In this document: piece after piece, positions 49,575 to 60,889 of the stretch
How positions within the stretch are numbered: the stretch's first letter is position 1
How the letters are laid out: each line of letters opens with the position of its first letter
NCBI GenBank assembly: GCA_964416155.1
Contig: CAYQCW010000004.1
Coordinates: 92,044 to 156,043, forward strand
Reading direction: 5' to 3'
Origin: an uncultured Nitrososphaerota archaeon
GTDB lineage: Archaea > Thermoproteota > EX4484-205 > JAAOZP01
DNA length: 64,000 nt
The notes under the pieces: generated by a model
What the model was told of the DNA's origin: nothing
Seen by the model: the letters and a program-made list of their open reading frames with translations, nothing else
Database searches by the model: none
Program-made: the position numbers and the translations under genes

Positions 49575-50948
49575 TCATGGGGCGAAACTCTTATGGTAAG
49601 GGTTTAGGTTAGAGCCGAGGGGCTCAATGTTTCCAACTAGGGGCTCAACGTTTAACGGCAGCCGGTTGAAGACCCCGACTTCCCTCCCCTTCTTCCAGAA
49701 AGCGTCTTCAATAACGTCGTAAACGGTTTCGAAAAGGGGTTTCCTCCTCTGACTAAAGCCGAGCAGCGCCACGTCAATCATAAGGGCAACCTGACTGCCC
49801 AGCGGCTGCGTAGTATAAGGCGTTACAGCCCCGTATCCTTCCTGGCACTCTGAGCAACCAGTGTTATGGATAAACGTGTACGGCTCAACAGGGGTTGAAA
49901 TCCCGTTGAAGCCACGGAGCTTCAGGTTTTCGAGATACTGCTTTCCCTGCTGGTCAATATAGTTCGAGGGCAAGTCCTCCCTGGCTGCTGTCTGAACCGC
50001 CTCCATCACAACCCTGTACAATCCTTCAACAGCCTCGTGAAACTCTCTTTGCCCCCTGGTCATCGGCTCACCAACCCTGAAAGTCCTCCTTATCACGCCA
50101 TGATACCCGTTGAAAGTCGGGCTGACGCCCATAGACACCATGTCGCCCTTATGGATAACTCTGTTAGACGCCGGGCCTATTATCGTGTAATTCCTTTCGC
50201 CAGACGTCACGATGGTGGGGAAGCCTGTTCTACCTGCGCCCAGCTCCTTCATAACGTAGTCCCCTACCCCAGCGACCTCCAGCTCCCTCATTCCCGGTTT
50301 TGAAACCGCCAGCATAGCCCTGAAAGCAGCGTCAGCGATAATGTTAGCCATCTCGCATATTTCCAGCTCCCTGTTAGACTTCTCATACTTTATTCTCTGC
50401 AAAAGCTCCTCATCGAAAAACACTCTGTCTAAACCGAATGTATTTTGAAGTAGAGCAACCTGCTCGTATGGCGTGGCTTGCGGGCTTGAAACAATTGCCA
50501 CCCGAATGTTCTCCGAAACACCCATATGCTTCAAAACTTCACGGAAAGAAGTGAACCGGGCGTGCCTATAGTCCTCGTCAGATATCTGGAACTCTTTCAG
50601 GAAAACAATGTCTGCACCCGACTCCTCGACAGCCTCCTCTATCACATGGCCGCCTTCTGGGCCAGCCAGAACAACCGGCTTACCTTCTGAGGGAACAAGA
50701 ATACCGTAACGCTCTATTATCGGGTCGAAGATGCCTGCGAGCCAAGCTATGTCAGACCTGTCCAGCTCGCTGCCGCACGCATACGCAAGGCTGTAGCCTT
50801 TTAAACCCATCCTTTCTTGAAGAATACTCCATCTTTTCCTATACTCCTCCCTAGTTATTCTGAGTCCAAGGTTTATCCTGGGCTTGGTTTCCTCGATTAT
50901 TTCGGCAGTGATAACGCCTATTTCACTTTGGCTTAGCCTGTTGGCCAA
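49575..50948 (-). CDS. M24/creatinase-fold hydrolase with atypical metal ligands
   Basis: Creatinase-like N-terminal domain, EKSNREL, KPGMRELEV, GPASNRVI..GD, RRTF. Confidence 0.8.
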   Translation of the reverse strand: MANRLSQSEIGVITAEIIEETKPRINLGLRITREEYRKRWSILQERMGLKGYSLAYACGSELDRSDIAWLAGIFDPIIERYGILVPSEGKPVVLAGPEGGHVIEEAVEESGADIVFLKEFQISDEDYRHARFTSFREVLKHMGVSENIRVAIVSSPQATPYEQVALLQNTFGLDRVFFDEELLQRIKYEKSNRELEICEMANIIADAAFRAMLAVSKPGMRELEVAGVGDYVMKELGAGRTGFPTIVTSGERNYTIIGPASNRVIHKGDMVSMGVSPTFNGYHGVIRRTFRVGEPMTRGQREFHEAVEGLYRVVMEAVQTAAREDLPSNYIDQQGKQYLENLKLRGFNGISTPVEPYTFIHNTGCSECQEGYGAVTPYTTQPLGSQVALMIDVALLGFSQRRKPLFETVYDVIEDAFWKKGREVGVFNRLPLNVEPLVGNIEPLGSNLNPYHKSFAP

Positions 50949-51081
50949 ACTCGTTCACCATCCGAATTGTATATGATTAACCAATTTAAGCTTATATGCG
51001 TTCTCTTCCAAGCGAAGCCGGTGCTGCTAACAGTTCATGCAGACAACCTTATAAGTTTCAGGAAGAGCTATAGTTACAAGT

Positions 51082-51864
51082 TTGAAGAGAAGCAGATTGA
51101 GAAACAGAATTGTGCTGGCGGTTGGTGCGCATCCTGATGACGTTGAGTTTTTAATGTCGGGTACTCTGGCTCTTCTCCGTGAAAAAGGCTGCAGGATTCT
51201 CATCGCAACGGTTTGCACAGGAGACATGGGCTCAATGAGGCTTAGGAGCCAGGAGATTGCAAGCATCAGGTTCAGGGAGGCCGAGAAGGCTGCGAGTATT
51301 CTCGACTCACCCTATATGTGTCTTGGAGAATCAGACTTGCATCTGGTTTTCGAAAACACGGCCCGTTTCAAGGCAGTGGAGCTTGTGAGAAGAGTTAACC
51401 CTGACATCGTCATAACTCACTCTCCGGAGGACTATATGATAGACCACCAGTTGACCGCAGACCTTATGTGGGACGCTTGCTTCAACGCGCCAATACCTAA
51501 CTACGTGACGAACCATGCTAACCCCGCAAAGCCGACGAGTAGAATACCATTCCTATTCTACGCGGACGCCATCGGAGGCAGGAACAGGTTCGGCGAGAGA
51601 GTTCGCATGGATTTCTACGTGGATATAGGCTCGACGATCAGAGTCAAGGAGAGAATGCTTGTTCAACATAAGAGTCAGAGAGAATGGTTGCGCGCACAGC
51701 ACGGCATAGATGAATACATACTTCAGATGAGACGATGGTCTAGGGAGAGAGGCTCGGAAGTCGGAAGGAAATATGCGGAAGCTTTTCGCCAGCACAGGGG
51801 CCACCCGTTTCCCGAGGAGAACATTTTAGCTTCAATACTGGGCTCCTTCTGCATAGTGCCTTGA
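51082..51864 (+). CDS. PIG-L/LmbE family deacetylase
   Basis: AHPDD, R..EA, DY..DH, HKSQ, YAEAF. Confidence 0.92.
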   Translation: MKRSRLRNRIVLAVGAHPDDVEFLMSGTLALLREKGCRILIATVCTGDMGSMRLRSQEIASIRFREAEKAASILDSPYMCLGESDLHLVFENTARFKAVELVRRVNPDIVITHSPEDYMIDHQLTADLMWDACFNAPIPNYVTNHANPAKPTSRIPFLFYADAIGGRNRFGERVRMDFYVDIGSTIRVKERMLVQHKSQREWLRAQHGIDEYILQMRRWSRERGSEVGRKYAEAFRQHRGHPFPEENILASILGSFCIVP

Positions 51865-51985
51865 TCAGGATGCGTGTCGCATCAGCCGTCGTAACTAGGC
51901 TTATTCCCAGCGGGGCTGAAGCTTAAACGGTAGATAAAACCTTAAGTAAAAGAAAAACGGGATAGGAAAAGCAGAGGGTGGAGGA

Positions 51986-52819
51986 TTGAGTTCAAGCACG
52001 GGTTCTACAAGGCTGTCCAAGTTCTACTCCTTATTCCCGTGGCCGGAGGATCCGTACTCTGAGCAGGGAAGAAAACGCTACGAGGATACTTTAAAGGATA
52101 TGGAGGCCCTCATAAGCAGTAGAATGCTTCAAAACCTGGTTGAAAAGAAGACGGTGAAGGTTCTTGAGGTCTGCGGCGGGACAGGAATCGGCGGCGTCGC
52201 GCTTTCCAAAGTCTTAATGAGCAGAGGGGTCTCCGTTGACCTGCTTGTCACAGATCTTCGTGGGGAAGCCTTGGAGACGGCGGAGAGGTTTGGCTACGAG
52301 GAGATTGGCTGCAGAGTAAGAACAACCATGATGGATGCTCGCGAAATCAATAGGACAGGAGAGAAGTTCGACCTGGTTTTGTTGTATGGCTTATCAACTC
52401 CCCACTTCAACCCGTGGGACTTTGTCAGATTCCTTTCTTCCGCTGGCGAGGCGCTGAACGATGACGGGTTTCTAGCAGTTGAGGAGGTGGATAGGAGATA
52501 CAGTATTTTCCTCACCGCAGGCTACAAGTGGGCATTGTACGAGGCGTTTGACGAAAGCAAGCCCGTTGTCAGCTTTCACGCAGGCTACGGCCTCAAAAGC
52601 GGGATGATAAAAAGAGTGTTTTGGAACTTTAAGGAAGAACCTCTTTCCATGGAGCTATATTACTGGAGTTTTGCAGAACTAGCTATCTTAACATGGGTTT
52701 TCTTTAAGGATGTTGACCTAGTAGGCCTAGGAAGAGCTAGGGGATTCATAGTGGGCGTAGCCCCCAGGAGACTCTTAAAACCGGAGGAACTGGGAGAACC
52801 CTCCTTCACATCAGAATAA
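51986..52819 (+). CDS. Class I SAM-dependent methyltransferase
   Basis: VLEVCGGTGIGG, FDLVLLYGLSTPHF. Confidence 0.85.
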   Translation: MSSSTGSTRLSKFYSLFPWPEDPYSEQGRKRYEDTLKDMEALISSRMLQNLVEKKTVKVLEVCGGTGIGGVALSKVLMSRGVSVDLLVTDLRGEALETAERFGYEEIGCRVRTTMMDAREINRTGEKFDLVLLYGLSTPHFNPWDFVRFLSSAGEALNDDGFLAVEEVDRRYSIFLTAGYKWALYEAFDESKPVVSFHAGYGLKSGMIKRVFWNFKEEPLSMELYYWSFAELAILTWVFFKDVDLVGLGRARGFIVGVAPRRLLKPEELGEPSFTSE

Positions 52820-53098
52820 GCCGATTACTATTTGTTTCCATCGGGTTGGAGACGTTGAAGCGGAAAATTGGCCGTCAGGCTTCTCAGCCGAGCCGCTTTA
52901 AAACCTGTCGAAAATTATTCGGTAATAGCTTATTAAGAGTCATGCGTATAAGCCACATGAGTTCCAGGATTAATCCCGCATTCTGCAGATGATTAATGTG
53001 TCGGCTATAGTGGCAACAATAATATTCAATTCTATTGTAAACATACTGCCTCTAAACGGTGTAACAACCGGAGCGGTTTCAGGTTCGAGCACTATCGT

Positions 53099-53425
53099 GT
53101 GGGTCTTCAGGCGTACGACACGTGGGTGAAAGCCGTGAACGAGGGTTTAAGGTCGAGCCATGGGAACTGGTGGAACGGAACAGTGTGGGCCGAGTGTAGA
53201 GAAATGGCGTCCGGCTACTTCGCGGAGATCGCGACGAAAAATCAGGGCGCTGTTTCTGAAACAGCAGGAGAGTTGAGTAGTGAATATGGGAAAATTGCTA
53301 GGCTGCTTGACAAGGCTAGAAGCAAGGAGCTTGCTGACGATGCGAAGATAGAAGCGCTCCGAGAAGCGCGGAAGGCTGAGGAGTCTTGCATACGTCAGGT
53401 TAAGAAGCTTCTAAAAATGGTGTAG
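53099..53425 (+). pseudogene. Probable C-terminal gene fragment (helical)
   Basis: GLQAYDTW...W.ECR.MA..YF...A..AEE looks like a truncated C-terminal domain with no evident N-terminus. Confidence 0.45.
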
Positions 53426-53478
53426 GCGGAAGAACTGTTTTACTCCTCTTTATCAAGCAAATACCATGAATAAACCGA

Positions 53479-54729
53479 TTAGTCATAATGGTTGTGACAC
53501 TTCCTGTTACGTAGCCAGAGCATGAATAGGGGTAGGGAGCCCAGCACGTTTATCGCTGCAGAAGCGTAGAACACTGCCTGCGGTGAGAATTGAGTCCAGA
53601 TTAATCCTCCGACCGCTGGCGAGACTAGGGCAACCATCCCGGATATCAAGTTGATTATGCCGTATGCCGTGGCAACACCGGCTTGCGACCGGTACTTAGC
53701 TATAAGGCTCTGCCTGCTCACGTTGTCCAACCCGAATGTTAAGCCCCAGAGGAGGAGGATGGTGCTCGCCAGAATAGGGTTTTTCGAAATCGTGAAGAGA
53801 ATCATGCATGGAGAGGTTGCGGCTATGTGGAAGGCGAAAGATATCTCTCCCCCATACTTGTCAACTATCTTTCCACTCGGCAAGTGGCCGATCAGGATTC
53901 CCAGCTGCTCCGCACTAAGCATCAAGCTTATAGTAGGCAGGGAGAACGCTAAAACATCACCCGCGTATATGGCTAGGTAAGGACCCTGAATACCTATTCC
54001 CAGCATGTGAAACATTATGCCTAGCAACACTGCTAACAGTAACGGGTTTTTCAGACTAGCCAAGCCGTTCTTAAAATCCGTGAAGGATAGTCCGTTTCTC
54101 CGCCTCTCCTCAACCATTTCCACCGAATAGTCTAAAGATTCTTTTAAGAAAAGCATTGCACCGCATAAGGCAGCTGACTCCAGTAACAAGGCCGCGGCGA
54201 AAAGCCAGTAGAAGCCGAGCAATACGGCTATTATGCCGGCGACGGATGTTGCGACGATGCTGCTAAGGCTCTGCAAAAAGGCGAGGGTCGCATAGGCCTT
54301 GCCTCTTTTCTCCTCAGGTATCACATCTATGACGTACGCGCTGCTGGAAGGACCCATTAAGCTCGTGCTCAAGCCTTGGAAGACCAGTGCTATGAGCAGC
54401 CAGATGGGATCTTTGAATAAGAAGAGCAGGAGTAGAGTTAAAATGGAGGAGACAATAGCCAGCAGCATCATTTTCTTCCTTCCAAAAACGTCTGAGAGTA
54501 CACCGGATGGGAAGCTGGCTAGGCTCGACAATAGATCCCTAGCGGTGTTCATGAGGCCGAATATGAGTATGGAAACACCTAAAGTACCTGTTATGTAGAG
54601 TCCCAGCAGGGAACCGTAAAGGCTGCCTGCAAAACTCATCGCCGCGTTGATGAAGGAGAGAACCCTTAGGTTTTCGTCTAAAACTAGGTAATCCGAAAAC
54701 CGGCTGATCATCCTTCCGAGCAGGCTCAT
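53479..54729 (-). CDS. MFS transporter
   Basis: GVLSDVFGRKK, GKIVDKYG, about 12 TM helices. Confidence 0.92.
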   Translation of the reverse strand: MSLLGRMISRFSDYLVLDENLRVLSFINAAMSFAGSLYGSLLGLYITGTLGVSILIFGLMNTARDLLSSLASFPSGVLSDVFGRKKMMLLAIVSSILTLLLLFLFKDPIWLLIALVFQGLSTSLMGPSSSAYVIDVIPEEKRGKAYATLAFLQSLSSIVATSVAGIIAVLLGFYWLFAAALLLESAALCGAMLFLKESLDYSVEMVEERRRNGLSFTDFKNGLASLKNPLLLAVLLGIMFHMLGIGIQGPYLAIYAGDVLAFSLPTISLMLSAEQLGILIGHLPSGKIVDKYGGEISFAFHIAATSPCMILFTISKNPILASTILLLWGLTFGLDNVSRQSLIAKYRSQAGVATAYGIINLISGMVALVSPAVGGLIWTQFSPQAVFYASAAINVLGSLPLFMLWLRNRKCHNHYD

Positions 54730-54850
54730 AAGACCCTGTAAGGGTGCCAGCTTAAAACGGAGAATTTAAATTTTTATCCCTATTTCTACCGTCTGTCCCA
54801 CTGAGAAACCTCGTAAGGCTTCTATAGTTAGAATCGCAATCCTAAGGATA

Positions 54851-55230
54851 ATGCCTGCTATGACACAGCGGATCGTACTGGCGGATGAGGGTAAAAGCCA
54901 CTTCCGCATCATCATATCTGTGGGCTCAATCCCGTCGGAACGCTATGCTGCTGAAGAGCTGCAGAAATACTTTGAACGCATTAGCAGCGTGAAACTGCCC
55001 ATTGCTACGGATGATCAGCCGATGGCAAGCAGTGAAATCATGCTCGGCGACAACAAGCATCTGCACAGCATAGGATTGCAAGTGAATCTGTCTAAACTCT
55101 GCTCAAAAGGCTTCCTGCTTAGAACACTTAACAACCATCTGGTGATAGTCGGCGGCAGGCCCGTGGAACGCTTTACGGTGTATACGCCCTGCTGGAGGAG
55201 AAGCTCGGCGTCCGCTGGTTCAGCCCTTAG
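54851..55230 (+). pseudogene. N-terminal fragment of a DUF4838/GH67-N-like glycosidase
   Basis: ERYAAEELQKYFERIS...LVIVGG, then frameshifted TLYGVY.LLEEKLGVRWF; truncated. Confidence 0.65.
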
Positions 55231-55809
55231 GCCAGAAGATGTTCTTTTCATGTTGAGGGGCTGTTTAACGAATATCATCCAAACCGGCTTTCTACCAAGC
55301 TGCTTCCCAAAAATATACGGCAACTCTAGGACCATGACATCCATTTTATCGTCTGAGAAGGAGTGTCACGTTCTCCTAGTCGACGCGGCTCCTTATGTAA
55401 GGATGCTTCTCGTAAAGCTTTTTCTCAGGCCACAGCTTAGCGAAATAGGCGAAGTAGGAGCCGAGGACAACCGCTTTCCTAACCCCGCACTCCCTGGCTA
55501 ATCCTAGCAGCCTCTTGATAGGGCAATATTATACTTGTAGTAGGCATCGTAAACCGGCGGAGGGAACTCCACGCGCTCGTCAACCCCTGCGGCGAAAACA
55601 AAGCCATCACAGCCCTCGATAAGCCTCTTTATCTCCCCGTCAGACATCTCATTCATATTCCCCAGTATCAGCTCCATTTCACTGGAAAGGTTTGCACCCT
55701 TCGGAATAGGCGGCAGCGCGATCGACCTTACTGAATGCCCACGCCTAATCAGCTCAGCCGCTCCAGCCGACCCTGGGAGCCCAGTGCCTCCAACTATGAA
55801 AACCCTCAT
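55225..55809 (-). pseudogene. NAD-dependent epimerase/dehydratase, disrupted
   Basis: MRVFIVGGTGLPGS...FAAGVDER, frameshift, then HPYIRSR and LELPYIFG; truncated. Confidence 0.75.
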
Positions 55810-55939
55810 TCTTCTTTGACAGTTTATTTCCAGGCTGATAAACTTTAAGCCTCGCCGGCGAGCTAGCCACGGTTTTCTCAACAGCGTAGAAACCATTTGC
55901 CACCGAAGCATTGCGCATCTAAGCAATACACGTTATTGT

Positions 55940-56118
55940 TTAGCCGCCAGTGATTCTCTTGTAAAAATAGAAGATGACTATGCCAGTCAGCCCTATGATT
56001 ATCAACAGGAGTGGAGGAGACAGGAAGTCTCCGAATGTCTGCACAATAAGCCAAACGACTCCAATGAATAAGACTGCGAGAAAAAACACGAGCACGATTT
56101 CAGCCTTATAGCAGCCCA
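55940..56118 (-). CDS. Small two-TM hypothetical protein
   Basis: Two hydrophobic helices after the ATG at 56118. Confidence 0.45.
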
Positions 56119-56381
56119 TGCTTGCTTCACTCGTAGGATTTTCTATAAACATGCTTATTAATCTTGTGAAAAACACAATCAGGCTGAAATAATAATGATG
56201 AAAGACCGAAACAGGTTCCCCTAGCCTTACGGCGGAAGACCAGCAGCCCGGATGATCCGGAAAGCCATCCTACCGTGGGAATCGCGAAAAAGTAGCACGC
56301 TAATTAGGAATGATGCATGTCGCTAAAGTGGCTGCTTAAAGTTTAAATAATACTGCAAGCGGAAATCAATACTGGTGAAAG

Positions 56382-57077
56382 TTGGAGATATTCGACAGTT
56401 TCTCTAAGTCTGTCGACTACGCTTCAAGACTCTTGTCAAGAGGAGCGGAGCTCATAGTAATGATAATAGTGAACATAATTCCAATAGTCAACTTCATCTT
56501 TCTAGGCTACTGTGCCAAGATTTTTAAAGAGGGGCCTGCCAAGAACGAGCCGCCGAAGTTCGAGAACTTCGGGGAGCTTTTCGGGGAAGGAGTTAAAATA
56601 TTCGTCGTAGGACTATTGTGGGCATTATTGCCGTTAATAATACTGGTGTTGGCGTTTGCTTTAACCGTGCCCTGGTACTTGATCGGCGGGCTCAGCTTCG
56701 CTCGACTCGGAGTCACGTTAATCATCGCCATATTCATAACACTCTTAGTCGGCATAGGCGTGGGGATATTTGGAGTAATAGGTCTACTTCTCACCGCCAA
56801 GACCGGGGAAATAGCTAAAGGGTTTTCCTTCCAGCAGATAATGGCGGTGATAAACAGAGTCGGCTTCGCCAACCATGTTATCTGGGTTATTGTTGCAGTC
56901 ATCATAGCGTTCATAGTGGGCATGTTGGGCACGGTTCCACTGATCGGCTGGCTCATAGCCTTAGTCGTATCACCCCTGCTCGCAACCTTCCTAGTCAGAG
57001 CAGCAACGCTCTTCTACTCGGACGCTGTTGAAAAAACCCTACTTCCCCCGCCACCGCCTCCACCGCCACCCGTTTAA
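56382..57077 (+). CDS. DUF4013-like membrane protein with poly-Pro tail
   Basis: IIPIVNFIFLGY...PKFENFGELF.EG; ends in PPPPPPPPPV. Confidence 0.8.
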   Translation: MEIFDSFSKSVDYASRLLSRGAELIVMIIVNIIPIVNFIFLGYCAKIFKEGPAKNEPPKFENFGELFGEGVKIFVVGLLWALLPLIILVLAFALTVPWYLIGGLSFARLGVTLIIAIFITLLVGIGVGIFGVIGLLLTAKTGEIAKGFSFQQIMAVINRVGFANHVIWVIVAVIIAFIVGMLGTVPLIGWLIALVVSPLLATFLVRAATLFYSDAVEKTLLPPPPPPPPPV

Positions 57078-57257
57078 CACCCTATTCAAGGGTTCCTCCG
57101 CAAGCGCTTAACATGCTTCACAACCATGGCGGGCAGTCGGCCACATGGCAAAACATAGTGTTTCAGAATATTCTTCCAACCCCTTCCTCGCGGTTGAACC
57201 TGGCGGCAATCCTGCATAAATGTTTTTTAAAATCGGAAGGCGCTTTTCCTAATAATC

Positions 57258-58064
57258 ATGGAAGACTGGGTTAGGAGGATTTTCATAGAAAGAGCTGACC
57301 TCTTTCTTAAAATTATGAACGAGAGATGGCTTAAAACAGAGGTTCTCGTCAACGGGATGATAAGACTGCTTAAAGATTTCAGCATTGAAAGCGGAAGAGT
57401 CTTAGATCTGTGCTGCGGAAACGGGAGAGTTGCAATATCCTTCGCCAAGAAGGGTTTCACAGCCGTAGGTATAGACTTGTCCCCAACGTTTATCGAAGAT
57501 GCTAAAGCGAGGGCGAGGGAGCTAGGCGTCTCCAAGAAGGTTGACTTCATATGCGGCGATGTTCGAAGACTCCTGAGCCTAGTGCCCAAGGACTCGTGTT
57601 TCAACGTGGTGACAAGCGTCTGGACGTCAATAGGCTATTACGATAAGAGTGAAGAACTCGAGGTTTTTAAGCAGGCGAGACAATTAACGGGAGACGGTGG
57701 AATACTGTTCATAGCTGAAACAGCTCACAGGGATTCTGTAAGCCTGAGATTCTGTCCTTCATCATTTCACGTTTCACAGGATATTGTTCTGGTTGAGGAA
57801 AGCAAGTGGGATACGTTAACCTCCAGGCTTAGAACAACATGGTCTTTCTACGCGAAGAATGGTGACGACCTAAAATTTATCGACAGAATTACGTTCGAAA
57901 TATACATCTATAGTGTGAGCGAGCTCGCATCAATGTTGAGAGAAACAGGCTGGGAAACCGTCGCAACCTATGGAAACTTGGCTACTGAACAACCGTTCAC
58001 ACCCTGGACAGAGTTAAACCTGGTTGCGAAAACCATTAATAAGAAGCATGGGAAGAAAGAATAA
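57258..58064 (+). CDS. Class I SAM-dependent methyltransferase
   Basis: VLDLCCGNGR, GIDLS, GDVR, WTSIGYY. Confidence 0.9.
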   Translation: MEDWVRRIFIERADLFLKIMNERWLKTEVLVNGMIRLLKDFSIESGRVLDLCCGNGRVAISFAKKGFTAVGIDLSPTFIEDAKARARELGVSKKVDFICGDVRRLLSLVPKDSCFNVVTSVWTSIGYYDKSEELEVFKQARQLTGDGGILFIAETAHRDSVSLRFCPSSFHVSQDIVLVEESKWDTLTSRLRTTWSFYAKNGDDLKFIDRITFEIYIYSVSELASMLRETGWETVATYGNLATEQPFTPWTELNLVAKTINKKHGKKE

Positions 58065-58257
58065 TAACACTGTTTACCCTTTTCACAGGTGAACCACTTC
58101 TTACAGGATTCGTTCCCTTATAACTGGCTTTAGCACGCTTAGGTTTTGAAAACCCTCAGGATGGGCGTTAGACTTAACGGCGAGAGTATCGATGTTTCAC
58201 AGACAGCCTTGGAATTAACAGCGATTCTTCTAGAAAAAGAAGTTTTTTAAAATAGTA

Positions 58258-59190
58258 TTATGCTTCTTTAACCCCTTCCAGAGCTTCACGAAGACCCTTG
58301 TAACGATTACGAACAGTAACCTCAGTCACATTTGAAGCCTCTGCTATTTGTTTTTGTGTGAATAATTGTAGACCTAATCTCTGGGTTGCGAGGTACATCG
58401 CAGCTGCGACCATGCCTAATGGGTCCTTGCCAGCGGTGATCTTTTTATCTTTTGCTTCTTTTAAAATTTTCAATGTTTCTCTTTCTACTTCTGGTCCGAC
58501 TTTGAGTTTGCTTGCGACTTTTTCAACGTATATTGCTGGGTCGCTTAGTGGCATTTTGCTTTCGAGTGATCTGATTAGTAGCCTGTAGCTTCTCGCCACT
58601 TCTTTTCTTTTAAGTCCTGATGAGTTTGCAACTTCTTTCAGCGTTCTTGGTATTCCGCTGTCTCTGCATGCTGCGTATAGTGCTGCTGCCGCGAGGCTGT
58701 TTATTGGTCTTCCTCTCACTAGTCCTCTTTCAAGAGCGTCTCGGTATATCTGTACTGCTCTCACGTATGTTGCTCTGGGTGCTTTGAGCTGGTCTGCTAT
58801 TTGTGAGACTACTTTGCTTGCTACTTGTAGGTTTCTCTCCGCCGAGTTGTATGCTCTGTTTCTTTGCTGCCATAATCTTAGTTTTTGTGCTTCGGCCATT
58901 GCTTTTTCCGAGAGTACTTTTCCGGTTGCGTCTTTGATTCCTGTTTCAAGCGTGGTTGAGAGTCCATAGTCGTATATTGTTGTTGAGAGTGGGCTTCCTA
59001 CTCTGTCTCTTTTATCTGATTCTTCGTCTCCGAATTCTCTCCATTCTTTCGTCTCATCGAGGAGTTTCTGCACGAGTACGAAGCCGCATTCTGAGCAGTA
59101 GATTTCCCCAGACCTTTTATCCTCTACTATTTTCTTGGAGCCGCACTGGGGGCATGCCCATCTCTGCAGCTCGTCTGTCGGGAGACTCAT
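58258..59190 (-). CDS. tfb: Transcription initiation factor IIB
   Basis: CPQCGS...CSECG zinc ribbon, EWREF, ERNL, RGR, PRTLKE, GKDP, VTEVTVRNRYK. Confidence 0.97.
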   Translation of the reverse strand: MSLPTDELQRWACPQCGSKKIVEDKRSGEIYCSECGFVLVQKLLDETKEWREFGDEESDKRDRVGSPLSTTIYDYGLSTTLETGIKDATGKVLSEKAMAEAQKLRLWQQRNRAYNSAERNLQVASKVVSQIADQLKAPRATYVRAVQIYRDALERGLVRGRPINSLAAAALYAACRDSGIPRTLKEVANSSGLKRKEVARSYRLLIRSLESKMPLSDPAIYVEKVASKLKVGPEVERETLKILKEAKDKKITAGKDPLGMVAAAMYLATQRLGLQLFTQKQIAEASNVTEVTVRNRYKGLREALEGVKEA

Positions 59191-59596
59191 CTCTCAAGCC
59201 TCCTGCGGAAAAGCTTAAAAGCAGGTGTCATTTTCACTTAACCCTCACCTGCCACTATTTAAACTTTTCTCTTGACGACTTACCTGGCTCATCGCCCCTT
59301 TTATTAGCACTTGACGAGACCGAATCCCTAGTGTCTCTAGTGTCTCCTGTTCTCAAGGCTGGTTTCCAGGCTAGGCGGCTGGCTCAGCGAAGGACCGTGG
59401 CAATATCGCGTTGTTCCCAGTAGGATCGTTTTAGATGCTCAAGGTAAACTCTGTCAAGACAAGGAGGCCTTTAGATTCTCCCTGATTCAGTCTTTTCTTC
59501 AGAAGTGTTCTTTTAAACGCGTATGAATCAGCAAATAGGTGCCGGTAGCCATCAATTTTTGAGATAAAAACACGTTAATGCCGGATAAGTTAATTA

Positions 59597-60218
59597 TCAG
59601 CTAACGAGTGCACGCCTCTTGTGATGCTTCCACACGTTCTCCATCCGAAAATTCTCCATGTTCAGCCTTCTCTCTTCAACCTGGACTAAGTCGTCACCTG
59701 TATCATGGATGTCTCTGGCTTGGAAGTGCCGGATTAGCCAATCCCTGTTGACGGTGTCAACGACCATGATGCTGTTTGAAGCAGTAAGTGCTAGAAGCTG
59801 CTTGAAAACCTCCATATCCGTCTTTTCATCGTAGTGGCCTATGGAGGTAAAAAGGCTGATTATTGCATTGAATTTCTCCATCTAGTTCTGAAGAACCGCT
59901 TACTTGCCGCATGTCTCAGACTTTAAACTCAACGTTACCACTAACGTTTTTCTCAGCCGCCAATTTCTCCACCTGGGTAATGAACTCCGGCGATATATCA
60001 ACGCCGATAACTCTAAAGCCCTTCTCAGCCAGTACAACCGAATGGCGACCATGCCACAATAGATCCAGAACCAAGCCATTTCTCGGAACACCGGATTCCA
60101 AGAAAATCCTTTCCAGTCCCGCGACCTCAACACTGGCTCGTTCAATCGTTCTCTCGAGCACAGCTCCAAACAGGAACGGGTTCTCAACGGACATTCTTTC
60201 TGTCCAATGCTTTTTCAT
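59597..60218 (-). pseudogene. SAM methyltransferase paralog of 57258-58064, frameshifted and truncated
   Basis: VLDL..GRH, GVDIS and LFTSIGHYD lie in separate frames. Confidence 0.75.
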
Positions 60219-60514
60219 CTGAGAATACCTCAGTAAAAGGCTAAAGATTTAGAAATGCGTCCTGTCGATGGTCTCTCCTTGTTTCGCAAGTATACGCAGG
60301 GAGAACTGGTATATGAAGCACGGCTAAGAACAACAACCCTTGAAGAAAGACAAAATCTTATCAACTATCTATGAGTAGACATTTCTGAATCAACTCGGCT
60401 ATGAGCTTCTCAGCAGCGTCGTAAACCATCTTCTCGTTAACAGCACCAGTACACAAGTTTCCCAGAAGCAAATAACAATATACAACATCCGATCGTGCGT
60501 TCTATATGTTAGGT

Positions 60515-60889
60515 CTAATCCCTCTCTATTATTCTTATGCGTTTACGAGTCACTATTATAAGCTTCCCTATGTACTTAGATAGATCTAGCTCTAGAATTA
60601 GTTTATTTATCGTCTTAGTAAGTTCAACTGGTGTCGGTGGCTTAACGCGGAGAAGTATTACCGTCAGCCTCCCTTTGTATAGTTTATGATAGACATATCC
60701 AAAGTCCTTATCAAGCGTAACTAGGATAAGCTTTTTATCTAATGCATACTCGGCCACAACACTATCCTTTGCTCCTTTAAGCCCTATGTCGCTAGGCCTG
60801 TAGGCGGTAAATCCCGCAAGTCTAATAGCGTCTCTAAGCAATACTGGAAGGTTTTCGTCAATAAGGAAAGCAGGGTTACTCGAGTGCAA
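60515..60889 (-). CDS. DUF5615 PIN-like toxin
   Basis: FLIDENLP, D..V..YA, LVTLDKDFG. Confidence 0.88.
   Translation of the reverse strand: MHSSNPAFLIDENLPVLLRDAIRLAGFTAYRPSDIGLKGAKDSVVAEYALDKKLILVTLDKDFGYVYHKLYKGRLTVILLRVKPPTPVELTKTINKLILELDLSKYIGKLIIVTRKRIRIIERD

Noticed and set aside
56190-56340. Hairpin CCGGA-TGA-TCCGG region as an ncRNA
   Set aside because: Weak overall pairing and no recognisable motif; it may be decayed coding sequence.
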